Below are positions 49,869-58,205 of a stretch of 64,000 nt of DNA, piece after piece (position 1 is the first letter of the stretch; the number at the start of each line of letters is the position of its first letter). Origin of the DNA: an uncultured Tissierellaceae bacterium (lineage in GTDB: Bacteria > Bacillota > Clostridia > Tissierellales > Tissierellaceae); the NCBI GenBank assembly GCA_964415085.1, contig CAYPYI010000001.1, positions 35,757 through 99,756 on the forward strand, in the 5' to 3' direction. The notes under the pieces are model-generated. The model worked only from the letters and a program-made list of their open reading frames with translations. It searched no databases and was not told the DNA's origin. A program made the position numbers and the translations under genes.

Positions 49869-51649
49869 TATACTTCCTCCTTCTCTTTAATAAAACTTAT
49901 TATCTCATCTTCTTCAAGACTTTCATCTAAATCCATACATCTATCTTTATAAATTTCATTAAATATTTTTATACTATAACTTACATCTAAATTATTTGAA
50001 GATAAAATCTCTTTAATATCTTCTAATATTAATTCTTTTACCTCTTTATATTCCTTAAAGTCTTTACTATTTACAAATAATCTTCTAAAATCATTATATA
50101 TATTTTTTTCTTCTGTTATCAAAAATATTTCTGAATTAAATACTAATATTTCAACAATAGCTGCAGGATGAAAAAGTTGGTTGTTTTCTATTAATGATTT
50201 TTCAATTTTTTTTATTTGTCCATAATTTTCTATTATACTATCTTTATTATAATCCTTATAAAATCCTGTAATAGCAATGTTTTTATTGTAAGTACCTTTA
50301 TATTTTATAAATTCATTTATCTGATCACTATTAAGAAAATTATAACAATTCATATCCTTATTTTTCTTTTCCATATCAGTGATTAACCACATATAACTAT
50401 CTTTGTATTCACCCATATTGGTAAATAAATATTCTAATTTAGAGTTAGGATTATCCTTATATTCTAATATAGATGAATATGTTCTTAAATCGATTTTCTC
50501 TATTATAAGGATTGTACCATCACTTAAAATCTTACCTTCTCCTATAATCTCCATAAATAAATCATTGGAAATACTATCCTTAATTCTTATACCAGATTTA
50601 TAATTATTAGTTTTTTCATCCTCATCCCAGAAACTAAATATATTATATGAATTAATAGATTTAGTAAAACTTTCTTTCCTATTATGTAGTATATTATAAT
50701 GTTCTGGATAAATATTTACATACTCAGAATGTAAATATTTATTGTTTAATTTACAAATATTAAGATTTGGTCCATCTACAAACAAATTATATAAATCACC
50801 ATAGTTTTTTAAATCTATAACATCTATATTATTATAAGTTAATTTATTTTCTTTTAAGACAATTTCATATAAATAAAGTTCCTTAGTTTGATAGTCAATA
50901 GAATAAAAATGATAATTTGTGTAGTTAGCCTCATCTTCTATTGAAAAATCATAGTGAACATCAAATAAATATGATTGTTTAATGTCTTCTTTTATATCAA
51001 TTAATTTTAACTTTGAACCTTCTTTTATAGAGTCAATAAAATCAATAAGTTTTATATAATATACCCCACTACTTTCCAAAAGCTCATTATTTTTATATTT
51101 TAAATAACAATCATATTCATCAAGCCATGAATTTATAAAAATTATATATTCTTCTTTTTCAATAGTTACAAGTCTAGTCTTTAATACATTTAATCCTAAT
51201 AAACCAAATTTCATTATCTCTTTAATTTCTAAACTGTAAGTGTCTAATAAATAATAATTATTATCATAGTCGTATATTAAATAATATCTATCATTTAATA
51301 TAATTTTATCATCATAATCTCCACATAAAATATTCTCTAAATATTCTCCAAAACCATTATATCTATATATATTCATGCTATTTTTTGTATATACAGAAAA
51401 AGAAATTTGTTTTTTTCTTTCATCTATTATATCTATCTCACAAGAACTTATATCTTTATCCTTCAAATTAATAATATATTCTATTGATAAATCATCAATT
51501 AGAAGATTATATTTAAATAAAATTAATGTTTTCTTATTATAAGTATAAAAATATTGATATGTTTGATAATCTTTAAAAAATACTAAGTCTGTATTTATCA
51601 TATATTCGACTTCTACTCTCTTTTTTAAGTCTATAATATTTATTTTCAT
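49868..51649 (-). CDS. Hypothetical 593-aa protein with no recognisable domain
   Basis: Long uninterrupted ORF in AT-rich DNA. Its stop overlaps the start of the S12 hydrolase gene (TAATG). Y/N/D/K/I-rich with no signal peptide, TM helix or Walker motif. No SD at the annotated ATG. Confidence 0.6.
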   Translation of the reverse strand: MKINIIDLKKRVEVEYMINTDLVFFKDYQTYQYFYTYNKKTLILFKYNLLIDDLSIEYIINLKDKDISSCEIDIIDERKKQISFSVYTKNSMNIYRYNGFGEYLENILCGDYDDKIILNDRYYLIYDYDNNYYLLDTYSLEIKEIMKFGLLGLNVLKTRLVTIEKEEYIIFINSWLDEYDCYLKYKNNELLESSGVYYIKLIDFIDSIKEGSKLKLIDIKEDIKQSYLFDVHYDFSIEDEANYTNYHFYSIDYQTKELYLYEIVLKENKLTYNNIDVIDLKNYGDLYNLFVDGPNLNICKLNNKYLHSEYVNIYPEHYNILHNRKESFTKSINSYNIFSFWDEDEKTNNYKSGIRIKDSISNDLFMEIIGEGKILSDGTILIIEKIDLRTYSSILEYKDNPNSKLEYLFTNMGEYKDSYMWLITDMEKKNKDMNCYNFLNSDQINEFIKYKGTYNKNIAITGFYKDYNKDSIIENYGQIKKIEKSLIENNQLFHPAAIVEILVFNSEIFLITEEKNIYNDFRRLFVNSKDFKEYKEVKELILEDIKEILSSNNLDVSYSIKIFNEIYKDRCMDLDESLEEDEIISFIKEKEEV

Positions 51650-51859
51650 AATTTCTGGTTAAAATTAAATAACAGCTATAAGTTTTTCTTTCTTTTTAAA
51701 CTATAAAATGATAGTATCTAAAGTCTTAAGATCTATTCTAATGTAAAGTTTAAATTTCGTAGTTATAGCGTAATTATTATTTAAGTGATTTCCAGATTTT
51801 CACCACCTTCTTAGTTTTTAATATAGTTTATTAAAACACATTTATTTTATTTATAATCA

Positions 51860-52195
51860 TTAATACAAGAATAAATAACCTTTATAATCATCAATAATAA
51901 TTTCTTCTATATAACCTTTATTTATTAGTTTATTTAAAATAACTTCAACATCTACATTAGTATATATATTTTCTAGCTCTCTTACATCAAAAAAACCAAT
52001 TGGTCTATCATCTTCTAGTATATATCCTTCTTCTAATGATATTTCTAAGCTCATTACAAATACTAAATACATACCAGCCTCTTCTGAGGTTAATCCCTGG
52101 TCTATTCTTTCATAAATCATACTTTCTGCTGCAAAATATACATTGTTTTCATCAAATTTAATATCTTTAGCTTTTATATATTTTAATTTTTCCAT
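51860..52195 (-). CDS. Hypothetical 111-aa acidic protein
   Basis: Strong SD AAGGAGA overlapping the stop of the upstream DUF2812 gene. No recognisable motif. Confidence 0.55.
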   Translation of the reverse strand: MEKLKYIKAKDIKFDENNVYFAAESMIYERIDQGLTSEEAGMYLVFVMSLEISLEEGYILEDDRPIGFFDVRELENIYTNVDVEVILNKLINKGYIEEIIIDDYKGYLFLY

Positions 52196-52204
52196 ATTAT
52201 CTCC

Positions 52205-53677
52205 TTAATTTAAGTTTAATTTGTCTTTTACTATATTTATATTCTTTTCACTTGAAAAATCTACACCTTTAAGTAAAATAACTTTCTTTTTATCTCTTAT
52301 TAATATTTCTTTATTATCATTATCAAGCATATAAGCGGAATCTAACTTCCATAAATAGTTTACATCTTTAATTTTATTTTCAACTACCAACTCTTTTAAC
52401 TCATTAATTGAGTTTTCTGAAAAGCCTTTATCTAAAAATAAGTTAAATTCTTCCTTACTAATTCCCAAGTTTACATGCGCATAATTATTATTATAATATT
52501 CATTTTCTTTCATATTATCTATATCTCTATCTATAGACTTATTAATTTCTTTAATCTTATCATCAATATAAGCTTTTTGTAGTTTAATTGCTATTTTTTC
52601 ACTAAAAGCTTCATTATATTCTGTAACTATTCTAAAGTAACTATTGACTGATCTACCTCGTGATAGATACTCATAACTATCTTTAAGTAAAAAACTTAAA
52701 TTGTTTATTATTATACCCTCATTACTTAGATCATTATTTGTAAAATCATTATTTAATAAAACTTTATATTTATTTCTATCTATATCATGCTTTTCTCTAA
52801 ATAAATTATCACCTAAGATAATTAATCTAACTGGATAAATTATACTAACTCCTACTATCATTGTGATAAATATAATCATTTTCTTACCCTTATTATAACT
52901 TTTACCTTTTATTTTAAATCTAAAAATATGACCAATTATTATGCCTAATAATAAAGGGATAAATGCATATATTATCAATTTATTAGATTTAAATATAGCT
53001 AAATATAAACCAGCTAAAGTTATTATAGCAAATAAAATAATAGATAAGCAGACGAAAGAATTATTAATAAACATATTGCGTTTTAAAAAGGTAATATCTT
53101 TATTTTCTTCTATGTTCCTTTTATTTATATTTAAAAACTTATTTAAATAATATATTTCTTTTATAACAAATATTAATGCAATAGGAAGTATTACACCCAC
53201 TATCTGTTGAAGGTAACTTTTATAAAAATAAACTTTATCAGAAAATATAATTTTATAATTTCTGGCCGTAATAATACTTAACCATATTAAAAGCATAACT
53301 GATTGTTTTACTTGCTTCTTTCCTATTCTTTCTAAAGAATAGAATAACTCTTCATCATCTGTATTTAAATTAATTATATTATTACTTGCTTCTTTATAAT
53401 ATATATGAAAATGATTTGTCCTACAAGCTAAATTCCAACCAATATTATCTGAAATCTGATCTAGTTCGTAAAAATCTTTATCTTCTTTCTTTTCGAAAAA
53501 TGTTTCCATCTCAATTACTGTAATTTGAAAATCTAAATCCATTGGTTTTATTTTTTTATATATAAATAGTCCACCACCAATTACTTTGTCTATTAGATAT
53601 CCTTTTTTAGCCATCTTTTCAAATATATCAATATTTTGCTCTAGATTAGTTATGTTTAGATATTGTAATTTAATCAT
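52205..53677 (-). CDS. DUF2812-like membrane protein (typical PadR partner)
   Basis: 490 aa. The N-terminus (LEQNIDIFEKMAKKGYLIDKV...) and central TM helices match the DUF2812 pattern as I recall it. 4-nt overlap with padR. Confidence 0.6.
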   Translation of the reverse strand: MIKLQYLNITNLEQNIDIFEKMAKKGYLIDKVIGGGLFIYKKIKPMDLDFQITVIEMETFFEKKEDKDFYELDQISDNIGWNLACRTNHFHIYYKEASNNIINLNTDDEELFYSLERIGKKQVKQSVMLLIWLSIITARNYKIIFSDKVYFYKSYLQQIVGVILPIALIFVIKEIYYLNKFLNINKRNIEENKDITFLKRNMFINNSFVCLSIILFAIITLAGLYLAIFKSNKLIIYAFIPLLLGIIIGHIFRFKIKGKSYNKGKKMIIFITMIVGVSIIYPVRLIILGDNLFREKHDIDRNKYKVLLNNDFTNNDLSNEGIIINNLSFLLKDSYEYLSRGRSVNSYFRIVTEYNEAFSEKIAIKLQKAYIDDKIKEINKSIDRDIDNMKENEYYNNNYAHVNLGISKEEFNLFLDKGFSENSINELKELVVENKIKDVNYLWKLDSAYMLDNDNKEILIRDKKKVILLKGVDFSSEKNINIVKDKLNLN

Positions 53678-53994
53678 TTAAGTTCCTCCTTTACTTTTTC
53701 ATAGTCTTTTAACAAGTTATTAATTCTTTTTACTTCTTGTTTTAATATATCTAATCCTATTTCTGAAATTTTATACAGCTTCTTATTATCTATTTCTTCT
53801 ACCATATCAATATATCCATCTTCTTCAAATCTTGATAGCATTGAATATAAAGTTCCTGGCCCTACCTTAACCCTACCATTTGTTAACTCTTCTATATATG
53901 TCATTATTTCATATCCATGTCTTTTCTCTATCAAGCTAAGTAATACATAGTACATAGGTTGTGTTAATGGTTTATTTATTTTTTTATTCATCAT
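53674..53994 (-). CDS. PadR-family transcriptional regulator
   Basis: 106 aa with a winged HTH: PMYYVLLSLIEKRHGYEIMTYIEELTNGRVKVGPGTLYSMLSRFEEDGYI. Confidence 0.9.
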   Translation of the reverse strand: MMNKKINKPLTQPMYYVLLSLIEKRHGYEIMTYIEELTNGRVKVGPGTLYSMLSRFEEDGYIDMVEEIDNKKLYKISEIGLDILKQEVKRINNLLKDYEKVKEELK

Positions 53995-54008
53995 TTTTCA
54001 CCTCTTTT

Positions 54009-54052
54009 ATATCGTCACTCGATACATTTATGTTATATCGTATAACGATATA
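54009..54052. promoter_or_regulatory. Two palindromes sharing TATCG/CGATA half-sites upstream of padR (candidate operator)
   Basis: TATATCGT-ATA-ACGATATA (54034-54052, perfect 8-bp arms) and TATCG-TCACT-CGATA (54010-54024). They lie 15-58 nt upstream of the padR ATG. Confidence 0.4.
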
Positions 54053-54060
54053 TGTCAAGA

Positions 54061-54088
54061 AAAAAAGACCTACACTTAATGTAGGCCT
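54061..54088 (-). terminator. Intrinsic terminator after pyrD
   Basis: The minus sense reads GGCCTACA-TTAAG-TGTAGGTC followed by TTTTTT. Confidence 0.6.
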
Positions 54089-54147
54089 AAATTTTACTAG
54101 TAATTTAATTTTTATATTAGTATTGTATTTTGGTAAACTTTAAGTTA

Positions 54148-55041
54148 TTAAATGATTCCTCTTATTTCATCAAAAGAACTTATATTATTTGTAGTCATAT
54201 ACTCTTCTAAATCATTTATTATATCAATAGTTATATCCGGTTTTATAAAATTCATAGATCCAATTTGTACAAGAGTTGCACCTGCCATTATAAATTCTAA
54301 AACATCTTTGTAGTTTCTAATTCCACCTATACCTATAATTGGGATATCCACTATCTTACTTACTTCATATACCATTCTTAATGCAATAGGCTTAATGCAA
54401 GGACCTGATAAACCAGCTATAATATTATCAAATACAGGCTTTTTATTATCTATGTCTATTGCTAAACCAGTAATAGTATTAATTAAACTTATTGCATCAG
54501 CACCTGCTTTTTCTACAGCTTTTGCAACTTCTTTAACATCTCCATTTGGAGATAATTTTACTACTAAAATTCCAGTGTAGACTTCTCTTACTTTTTTAAC
54601 TAAATCAAATGCTAACTTAGGATCTAGTCCAAAAGCCATTCCGCCACACTTTACATTTGGACAAGAAATATTAAGTTCCATAATCTTAATATTACTTTCC
54701 TCTAGAAGCTTAGCCCCTTCTATATATTCTTCAAATGTATTGCCACCTAAATTCACTAAAATATTTGTATTTAAACTTTCAAGTCTAGGATTAATATTTG
54801 TAATATAATCTTTTACTCCATCATTTTCAAGACCTATACTATTTAACATTCCTCCAGTTACTTCATGTATTCTTATACCTGAATTACCAGATTTTGGATT
54901 TATAGTAATACCTGTTGTAGCAAATCCCCCTAGTTTTTCTATGTCCATATAATCTTTATAGTCATCACCAAATCCAAAAGTTCCTGATGCTGCTAATATC
55001 GGGTTTTTAAATTCAATATTACAAAATTTTGTACTCAGCAT
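54148..55041 (-). CDS. pyrD: Dihydroorotate dehydrogenase B, catalytic subunit
   Basis: 297 aa of the class 1B PyrD type (NPILAASGTFGFG, NISCPNVK, GGI...). Followed by pyrK partner synteny. Confidence 0.95.
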   Translation of the reverse strand: MLSTKFCNIEFKNPILAASGTFGFGDDYKDYMDIEKLGGFATTGITINPKSGNSGIRIHEVTGGMLNSIGLENDGVKDYITNINPRLESLNTNILVNLGGNTFEEYIEGAKLLEESNIKIMELNISCPNVKCGGMAFGLDPKLAFDLVKKVREVYTGILVVKLSPNGDVKEVAKAVEKAGADAISLINTITGLAIDIDNKKPVFDNIIAGLSGPCIKPIALRMVYEVSKIVDIPIIGIGGIRNYKDVLEFIMAGATLVQIGSMNFIKPDITIDIINDLEEYMTTNNISSFDEIRGII

Positions 55042-55757
55042 TATATGAACACCTCCTTTGAATGAAAAACTGGTCCATCTTTACAGACCTTCTTGTTTCC
55101 ATTAGAAGTTTCTATATTACAACCCATACAAGCTCCTATTCCACAAGCCATTCTTCTTTCCATGGAAACAATAACTTCTTCATGCTTAACTGCTACTTTT
55201 CTCATCATTATTTCTGGACCACATGTAAATATTTCATCATATTTATTATAATCTATAATATCTGTTATAAATCCTTTAATACCATGTTTGCCAGTATCAG
55301 TTGATATATATATATTATCAACATACTTTTCTAGATAGTCTAAGATATAAACCTCATCTCTAAATCCACAGTAAAAATCTATTTTCGCATTAGTCTTTTT
55401 AGCTAAATATGCAACAGGAGCTATGCCTATTCCACCTGAAACTATAGCTATTTTATCCCCATTAACTTTAAATTCATTTCCTAGTGGTCCAAGTAGACTT
55501 ATTTTATCATTTGTTTGTAATTTACTTAATAAATTAGTACCCTTTCCTCTATCCTCATATAAAAACTCTATATAGTCATTCTCTAAATTAAATATTGATA
55601 AAGGTCTTGATAAAAAGGGCTCTATCCCTTCCCAAGCTCTTAACATATAAAATTGACCTGGATTTCCACTAAAATTTCCTTTTATTTTAATTCTATAGAT
55701 ACTTTCAGAAATTTCTTCATTTGTTATAACACTAGCAATTTGATTTGACTTTTTCAT
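55041..55757 (-). CDS. pyrK: Dihydroorotate dehydrogenase B, electron-transfer subunit
   Basis: FAD/NAD-binding FNR-like fold plus a C-terminal [2Fe-2S] cluster motif CGIGACMGCNI...C. Start overlaps the pyrD start/stop junction. Confidence 0.9.
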   Translation of the reverse strand: MKKSNQIASVITNEEISESIYRIKIKGNFSGNPGQFYMLRAWEGIEPFLSRPLSIFNLENDYIEFLYEDRGKGTNLLSKLQTNDKISLLGPLGNEFKVNGDKIAIVSGGIGIAPVAYLAKKTNAKIDFYCGFRDEVYILDYLEKYVDNIYISTDTGKHGIKGFITDIIDYNKYDEIFTCGPEIMMRKVAVKHEEVIVSMERRMACGIGACMGCNIETSNGNKKVCKDGPVFHSKEVFI

Positions 55758-55771
55758 AATAGCCCCCTATA

Positions 55772-56194
55772 TTATTTGTTTTCATACTCCATATCACAAT
55801 ATTCACATTTATATGTTGAATTTTTTTCATCTATAAGTATAAACTTGCTATCCATATTTTCAATATTAGTAATGCATCTTGGGTTTTTACAATGAATTAT
55901 ACCTTTTATCTTTTCAGGTAAAGATAAATTTATTTTTTTAACTATCTTCTCATTTTCTACATAATTAATAGTTATATTAGGATCTAGGTATCCAAGCATT
56001 GTTAAATCTAAATCTTCTACATTTTCTATTTTTATTAAATCTTTTGATTTCATAGATGAACTTTTTGCATTCATAATAAGTGCTACATTACAATCTGCCT
56101 CAGATAAGAATAATTTTTCAAAAATACCAAATCCATTTCCAGGTTTTATATGATCAATTACAATACCATTTTTTATGCTATCTATATTTATCAT
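55772..56194 (-). CDS. pyrI: Aspartate carbamoyltransferase regulatory chain
   Basis: 140 aa. NGIVIDHI N-terminal domain and a C-terminal zinc domain CKNPRCI...CEYC. Confidence 0.9.
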   Translation of the reverse strand: MINIDSIKNGIVIDHIKPGNGFGIFEKLFLSEADCNVALIMNAKSSSMKSKDLIKIENVEDLDLTMLGYLDPNITINYVENEKIVKKINLSLPEKIKGIIHCKNPRCITNIENMDSKFILIDEKNSTYKCEYCDMEYENK

Positions 56195-57111
56195 TTTCCA
56201 ACCTCCAATAAATCCATTATAATAGCCATACGTGCATATAATCCAAATTTTACTTGTTTAAAATAGCAAGCTCTTTCATCACTATCTACTTCACTATCAA
56301 TTTCTCCTACTCTTGGTAGTGGGTGAAGTATTGTTAAATCATCTTTTGCTGATTTAAGTTTATCCTGAGTTAAAATATAAGTATTTTTAAGTCTTATATA
56401 ATCATGCTCATTAAAAAATCTCTCCTTTTGTACTCTAGTCATGTATAAAACATCCAATTTATTAATATTTTCTTCTAAATTAGTTGTTTCCATTACAATA
56501 GATTCTGAGTTTATTTCATTTTTGACATAACTAGGTAAACCTAATTCTTCAGGAGAAATTAAGATAAATTTAACATTATTAAATTTTGACAGTGTTTTTA
56601 TAAGGGAATGTGCAGTTCTACCAAATTTAAGGTCACCACAAAGACCGATTGTAAGATTATCTAGTCTTCCTTTTATTTCTTTTATTGTTAAAAGGTCGGT
56701 GATAGTTTGAGTAGGGTGATAGTGTCCACCATCTCCTGCATTAATAATTGGTATTGAAGAGTATTCTGCAGCATATTTTGCAGATCCTTCATTCGGATGT
56801 CTTATAGCAATAATATCGCTATAGCAATTTATAGTTCTAATTGTGTCTGATAAGCTTTCACCTTTAGATACTGATGAAGAGTTTGAGTCTGAAAAACCAA
56901 TAACTTCTCCACCTAGTTTTAACATTGCTGATGTAAAACTAAGTCTCGTTCTTGTACTTGGCTCATAAAAAAGATTTGCTAATATTTTGTTTTTACATTT
57001 TTCTGAATATTTTTCCTCATTTTTGGAAATATCACTTGCTAAATCAAGCAAGTTTAATAGCTCTAACATATCCATACTACTGGAATCAATTAGATGTTTT
57101 ACATTATTCAA
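56191..57111 (-). CDS. pyrB: Aspartate carbamoyltransferase catalytic chain
   Basis: EPSTRTRLSF, HPTQ and HPLPR motifs. TTG start at 57111, 6 nt after AAGGAGGG. Confidence 0.95.
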   Translation of the reverse strand: MNNVKHLIDSSSMDMLELLNLLDLASDISKNEEKYSEKCKNKILANLFYEPSTRTRLSFTSAMLKLGGEVIGFSDSNSSSVSKGESLSDTIRTINCYSDIIAIRHPNEGSAKYAAEYSSIPIINAGDGGHYHPTQTITDLLTIKEIKGRLDNLTIGLCGDLKFGRTAHSLIKTLSKFNNVKFILISPEELGLPSYVKNEINSESIVMETTNLEENINKLDVLYMTRVQKERFFNEHDYIRLKNTYILTQDKLKSAKDDLTILHPLPRVGEIDSEVDSDERACYFKQVKFGLYARMAIIMDLLEVGK

Positions 57112-57262
57112 TTAAATCCCTCCTTAACGTCTCTCTGGACTATTTTAAAAGATGGCAAAAAAAATCTTCCTACTAGGAAGAAAATAATGTCATCCTTCCT
57201 AAACTCTCGGTTTAGTTTAAAGGTTCTTATATGAAATTATCATAAATTTATTATTCTGTCAA
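57112..57262 (-). promoter_or_regulatory. pyr operon leader: promoter, PyrR-type binding loop, attenuator terminator, and a second PyrR-like box next to the SD
   Basis: All in the minus sense:
- TTGACA (57262-57257).
- Stem-loop CTAAAC-CGAGA-GTTTAG within CCTTTAAACTAAACCGAGAGTTTAGGAAGG (57222-57194).
- Terminator TCTTCCT-AGT-AGGAAGA followed by T8 (57181-57157). GGAAGGA can alternatively pair with TCTTCC as an antiterminator.
- AGTCCAGAGAGACG (57141-57128), 2 nt before SD AAGGAGGG (57125-57118).
The PyrR loop consensus recalled is UCCAGAGAGG. Confidence 0.65.
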
Positions 57263-57274
57263 ATATATTAATTA

Positions 57275-57309
57275 TTTTGAGCCTGTTATAATTTATAACA
57301 GGCTCAAAA
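57275..57309. terminator. 17-bp-arm perfect palindrome after the LspA-like gene (probable terminator)
   Basis: TTTTGAGCCTGTTATAA-T-TTATAACAGGCTCAAAA. The U/A tracts are part of the stem. Confidence 0.5.
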
Positions 57310-57318
57310 CATTGTAAA

Positions 57319-57843
57319 TTAACCTATATAATACTCCTTCATATCTTTTAATATACTATCATTTTCTATAAACTCTACAAATTGTTTATCAAAAAATACC
57401 ATATATATTACAATAACTACAAACATAGATATATATGCATCTTTTAAATCAAATGTAAACAGACCCTTTAAATATATATAATCCAAACTTCCATCCCAAA
57501 ATACTTTATCTATTAGTGAACATATTGCTCCTGACATAATAAACAAATAAGATAAATAAAATGCTTTTGATTTAAGCTTTTTATTAAATGCATAATTATA
57601 AAAAAGATATAAAAGAACTAATATTAACACCACCATAATAATATGGAATATCTTACCTATTCCTAAATCGAACAAGTTATTTATCCATGAATAATCTCTA
57701 TTAAACAGTGGACTAAAATATACCAATCCTGGGATTATTGCTACATCTAAATCCAAGAAATTGTGATTTATTATTAGCTTTATTATTTGTTCTACTAATA
57801 CTAAAATTGAAATACTAATAAATCCTTTATTGCTTTTTTTCAA
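57319..57843 (-). CDS. Divergent signal peptidase II (LspA, peptidase A8)-like membrane protein
   Basis: About 174 aa with four TM helices. SGAICSLIDKVFWDGSLDYIYL and FTFDLKDAYI align by eye with the LspA boxes GGAxGNxxDR...VVDF and FNxAD, so both catalytic Asp are kept. The N-terminal DQxTK box (here EQIIK) and the N-x-G-x-A-F/W box (here NRDYSW) are degenerate. Start set at the TTG at 57843 behind GAGGTG. Confidence 0.5.
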   Translation of the reverse strand: MKKSNKGFISISILVLVEQIIKLIINHNFLDLDVAIIPGLVYFSPLFNRDYSWINNLFDLGIGKIFHIIMVVLILVLLYLFYNYAFNKKLKSKAFYLSYLFIMSGAICSLIDKVFWDGSLDYIYLKGLFTFDLKDAYISMFVVIVIYMVFFDKQFVEFIENDSILKDMKEYYIG

Positions 57844-57855
57844 GAAACACACCTC

Positions 57856-58167
57856 TTAATTAATTGTATTTATGTAATCTAACCATTCTTTATATTTATC
57901 AACTTTCATATATCCATAAGCTTTTTCTGCAAAGATTAATGCTATCTCTTTTTTATTTATAGGTTTAATTTTATTAATTAATAAATAACTCATTAAATGG
58001 CAAAGATGTGCTATCTGACCATTTGTCGCTAGATCTTTAACATTATAGTATTCATTTAACACCAAGTAAAATATACTCTGTTTATCACTACTTAATTCAT
58101 ATAACTTATCAATAGAATCTATATCAACTTCCAAAAATGAGATGTCTTGTTTTAAATCTACTTCCAC
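57856..58167 (-). CDS. Hypothetical 103-aa cytoplasmic protein
   Basis: ORF with a GTG start behind AAGGAATGA. Ends 3-12 nt before the LspA-like start. No motif recognised. Confidence 0.5.
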   Translation of the reverse strand: MEVDLKQDISFLEVDIDSIDKLYELSSDKQSIFYLVLNEYYNVKDLATNGQIAHLCHLMSYLLINKIKPINKKEIALIFAEKAYGYMKVDKYKEWLDYINTIN

Positions 58168-58205
58168 CTTATCATTCCTTTCATAAAAAAATATCCTTTA
58201 TATTA

